Shown: one piece after another, positions 62,711 through 64,000 of the stretch
Numbering within the stretch: the first letter of the stretch is position 1
How the letters are laid out: each line of letters opens with the position of its first letter
The notes under the pieces: model-generated
The model's input: only the letters and a program-made list of their open reading frames with translations
Told to the model about the DNA's origin: nothing
Databases searched by the model: none
Assembly: GCF_018977255.1 (NCBI RefSeq)
Contig: NW_024704743.1
Coordinates: 35,776,001-35,840,000, forward strand
From: Callorhinchus milii
Lineage: Eukaryota
Direction of reading: 5' to 3'
DNA length: 64,000 nt
Position numbers and translations under genes: made by a program

Positions 62711-64000
62711 CACCCTTTCATTTCTATCCTATCTGCTAAATGTTTGGAACAGAAGAAATGTACGCAAAAAGAAGAAAATGTATTCCAACACTCTTCTAGA
62801 CTGAAATATGTTCCAGTTTAAACCAGTGTATGTTTTACCACTTTAGACAACTTAGCATTTAGTTATGCAATATTTGAGAAAAATTAAGTGAATAACTGAT
62901 TTAAACAATTGGATAGAAGGCTACCCTCGCTTTAACAAGTAGAACTGGAAGTGCAAGTCAGTTAGTAGAAAATCATACAGGCAAGTTTCATGCGCCTGGA
63001 ACACAATACTCAGCCCAGCATTCAAAGGTTGCAGGATCACAAGCACTTCTGATAAACACAAAGATAATTGGTGGGCACTGATTTGAGTGCAAGCTCTAAT
63101 TAAGGTTATAATACTGAATTTGAGTATTCAAAAAATACCTATTGGTTGAGTGGTTTTAAACTAGCTTTATCTAGGTTTGCTCAGAGAGAAAGAAGGCAAA
63201 TCAAAAGGACCTTAAAGCTAAAATATCTTTAGTAGAATTTTAGAATACGGATGGCATATTGCATAATATTTTGCTCAGCTTCATTGCTGGTAATGCTACA
63301 AGAATACTGTAATAATTCTGGTATATGCAGACCACACCCTGGAGGCAACACCATCTTTATTTTTTTGATCTAACAGTCCACAAAGATAGAGACAAATGCA
63401 CACACTTAACCAGAAAGAATAAAACTAATAAATTAAGTGTGTACAAACTGTAGCAATCACAATGAACAAAATGACATGCTCTTCCACACACAAGATAAAA
63501 CTTGGATCCCAAGGTTTTGTGGCACATACTCATAACAGTATTCTAACTCCAATTGAGCCATTTTATTAAAATATAAACAGAAACATTTGATCTCACCTCG
63601 TCTACTCTGCACTGAAGGCACAAGAAAAAGCAAAGCAAAAGACAGCAAAAATATTAGAATCAATATATAACATTTGTTATAGAACAGTACCATATAATTA
63701 AGAAGAATTTAATATTCTAAGTTAATAGAATATTTACAGCACAAAAGGAGGTCACTCATACTCATGGACACTCTAGCAAGTGGAAGACATTGATTTCACT
63801 GGCATTTTATTTACAGTTGACCTGTCTCCAGTTAAAGAGTTAACTTCAAATTGCTTCATAAGCCAATTTATTTATAAACTTTCCGTAGAAATTTAGAACA
63901 TGTATAAGCTATTTATATACAAAATGTATTTATTTTGTAAGATGGAATATTAATGCATGCTATTGGAATATAACTCACAATGATGCAATTACAATTGTAC

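Overview
Vertebrate genomic DNA. The repeat content (CR1 and L2 LINEs, Deu-domain SINEs, tRNA-derived SINEs with L2 tails) suggests a cartilaginous fish, possibly a holocephalan; this is inference. The window holds the last 7 coding exons of RREB1 (Ras-responsive element-binding protein 1) on the + strand: 2563-2704, 7443-7582, 22018-22207, 23943-26682, 31385-31549, 32638-33435 and 42636-43189. They join in frame over GT-AG introns to about 1575 codons with 13 complete C2H2 fingers. A 3'UTR of about 1.85 kb probably ends near 45.05 kb. The N-terminal exons lie upstream of the window. The rest is intronic or intergenic and rich in retroposons. I found no demonstrably new gene system. The most interesting features are: (1) a visible SINE/L2 partnership with a shared 3' stem-loop, SINE modules that join at an inverted (AAT)/(ATT) motif, and a variant tRNA head with compensatory stems; (2) phase-1 cassette zinc-finger exons; (3) a high-identity intronic inverted repeat; (4) a 25-bp minisatellite carrying the CACAGTG heptamer just upstream of the largest exon. 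Repeat boundaries were read by eye and are approximate.
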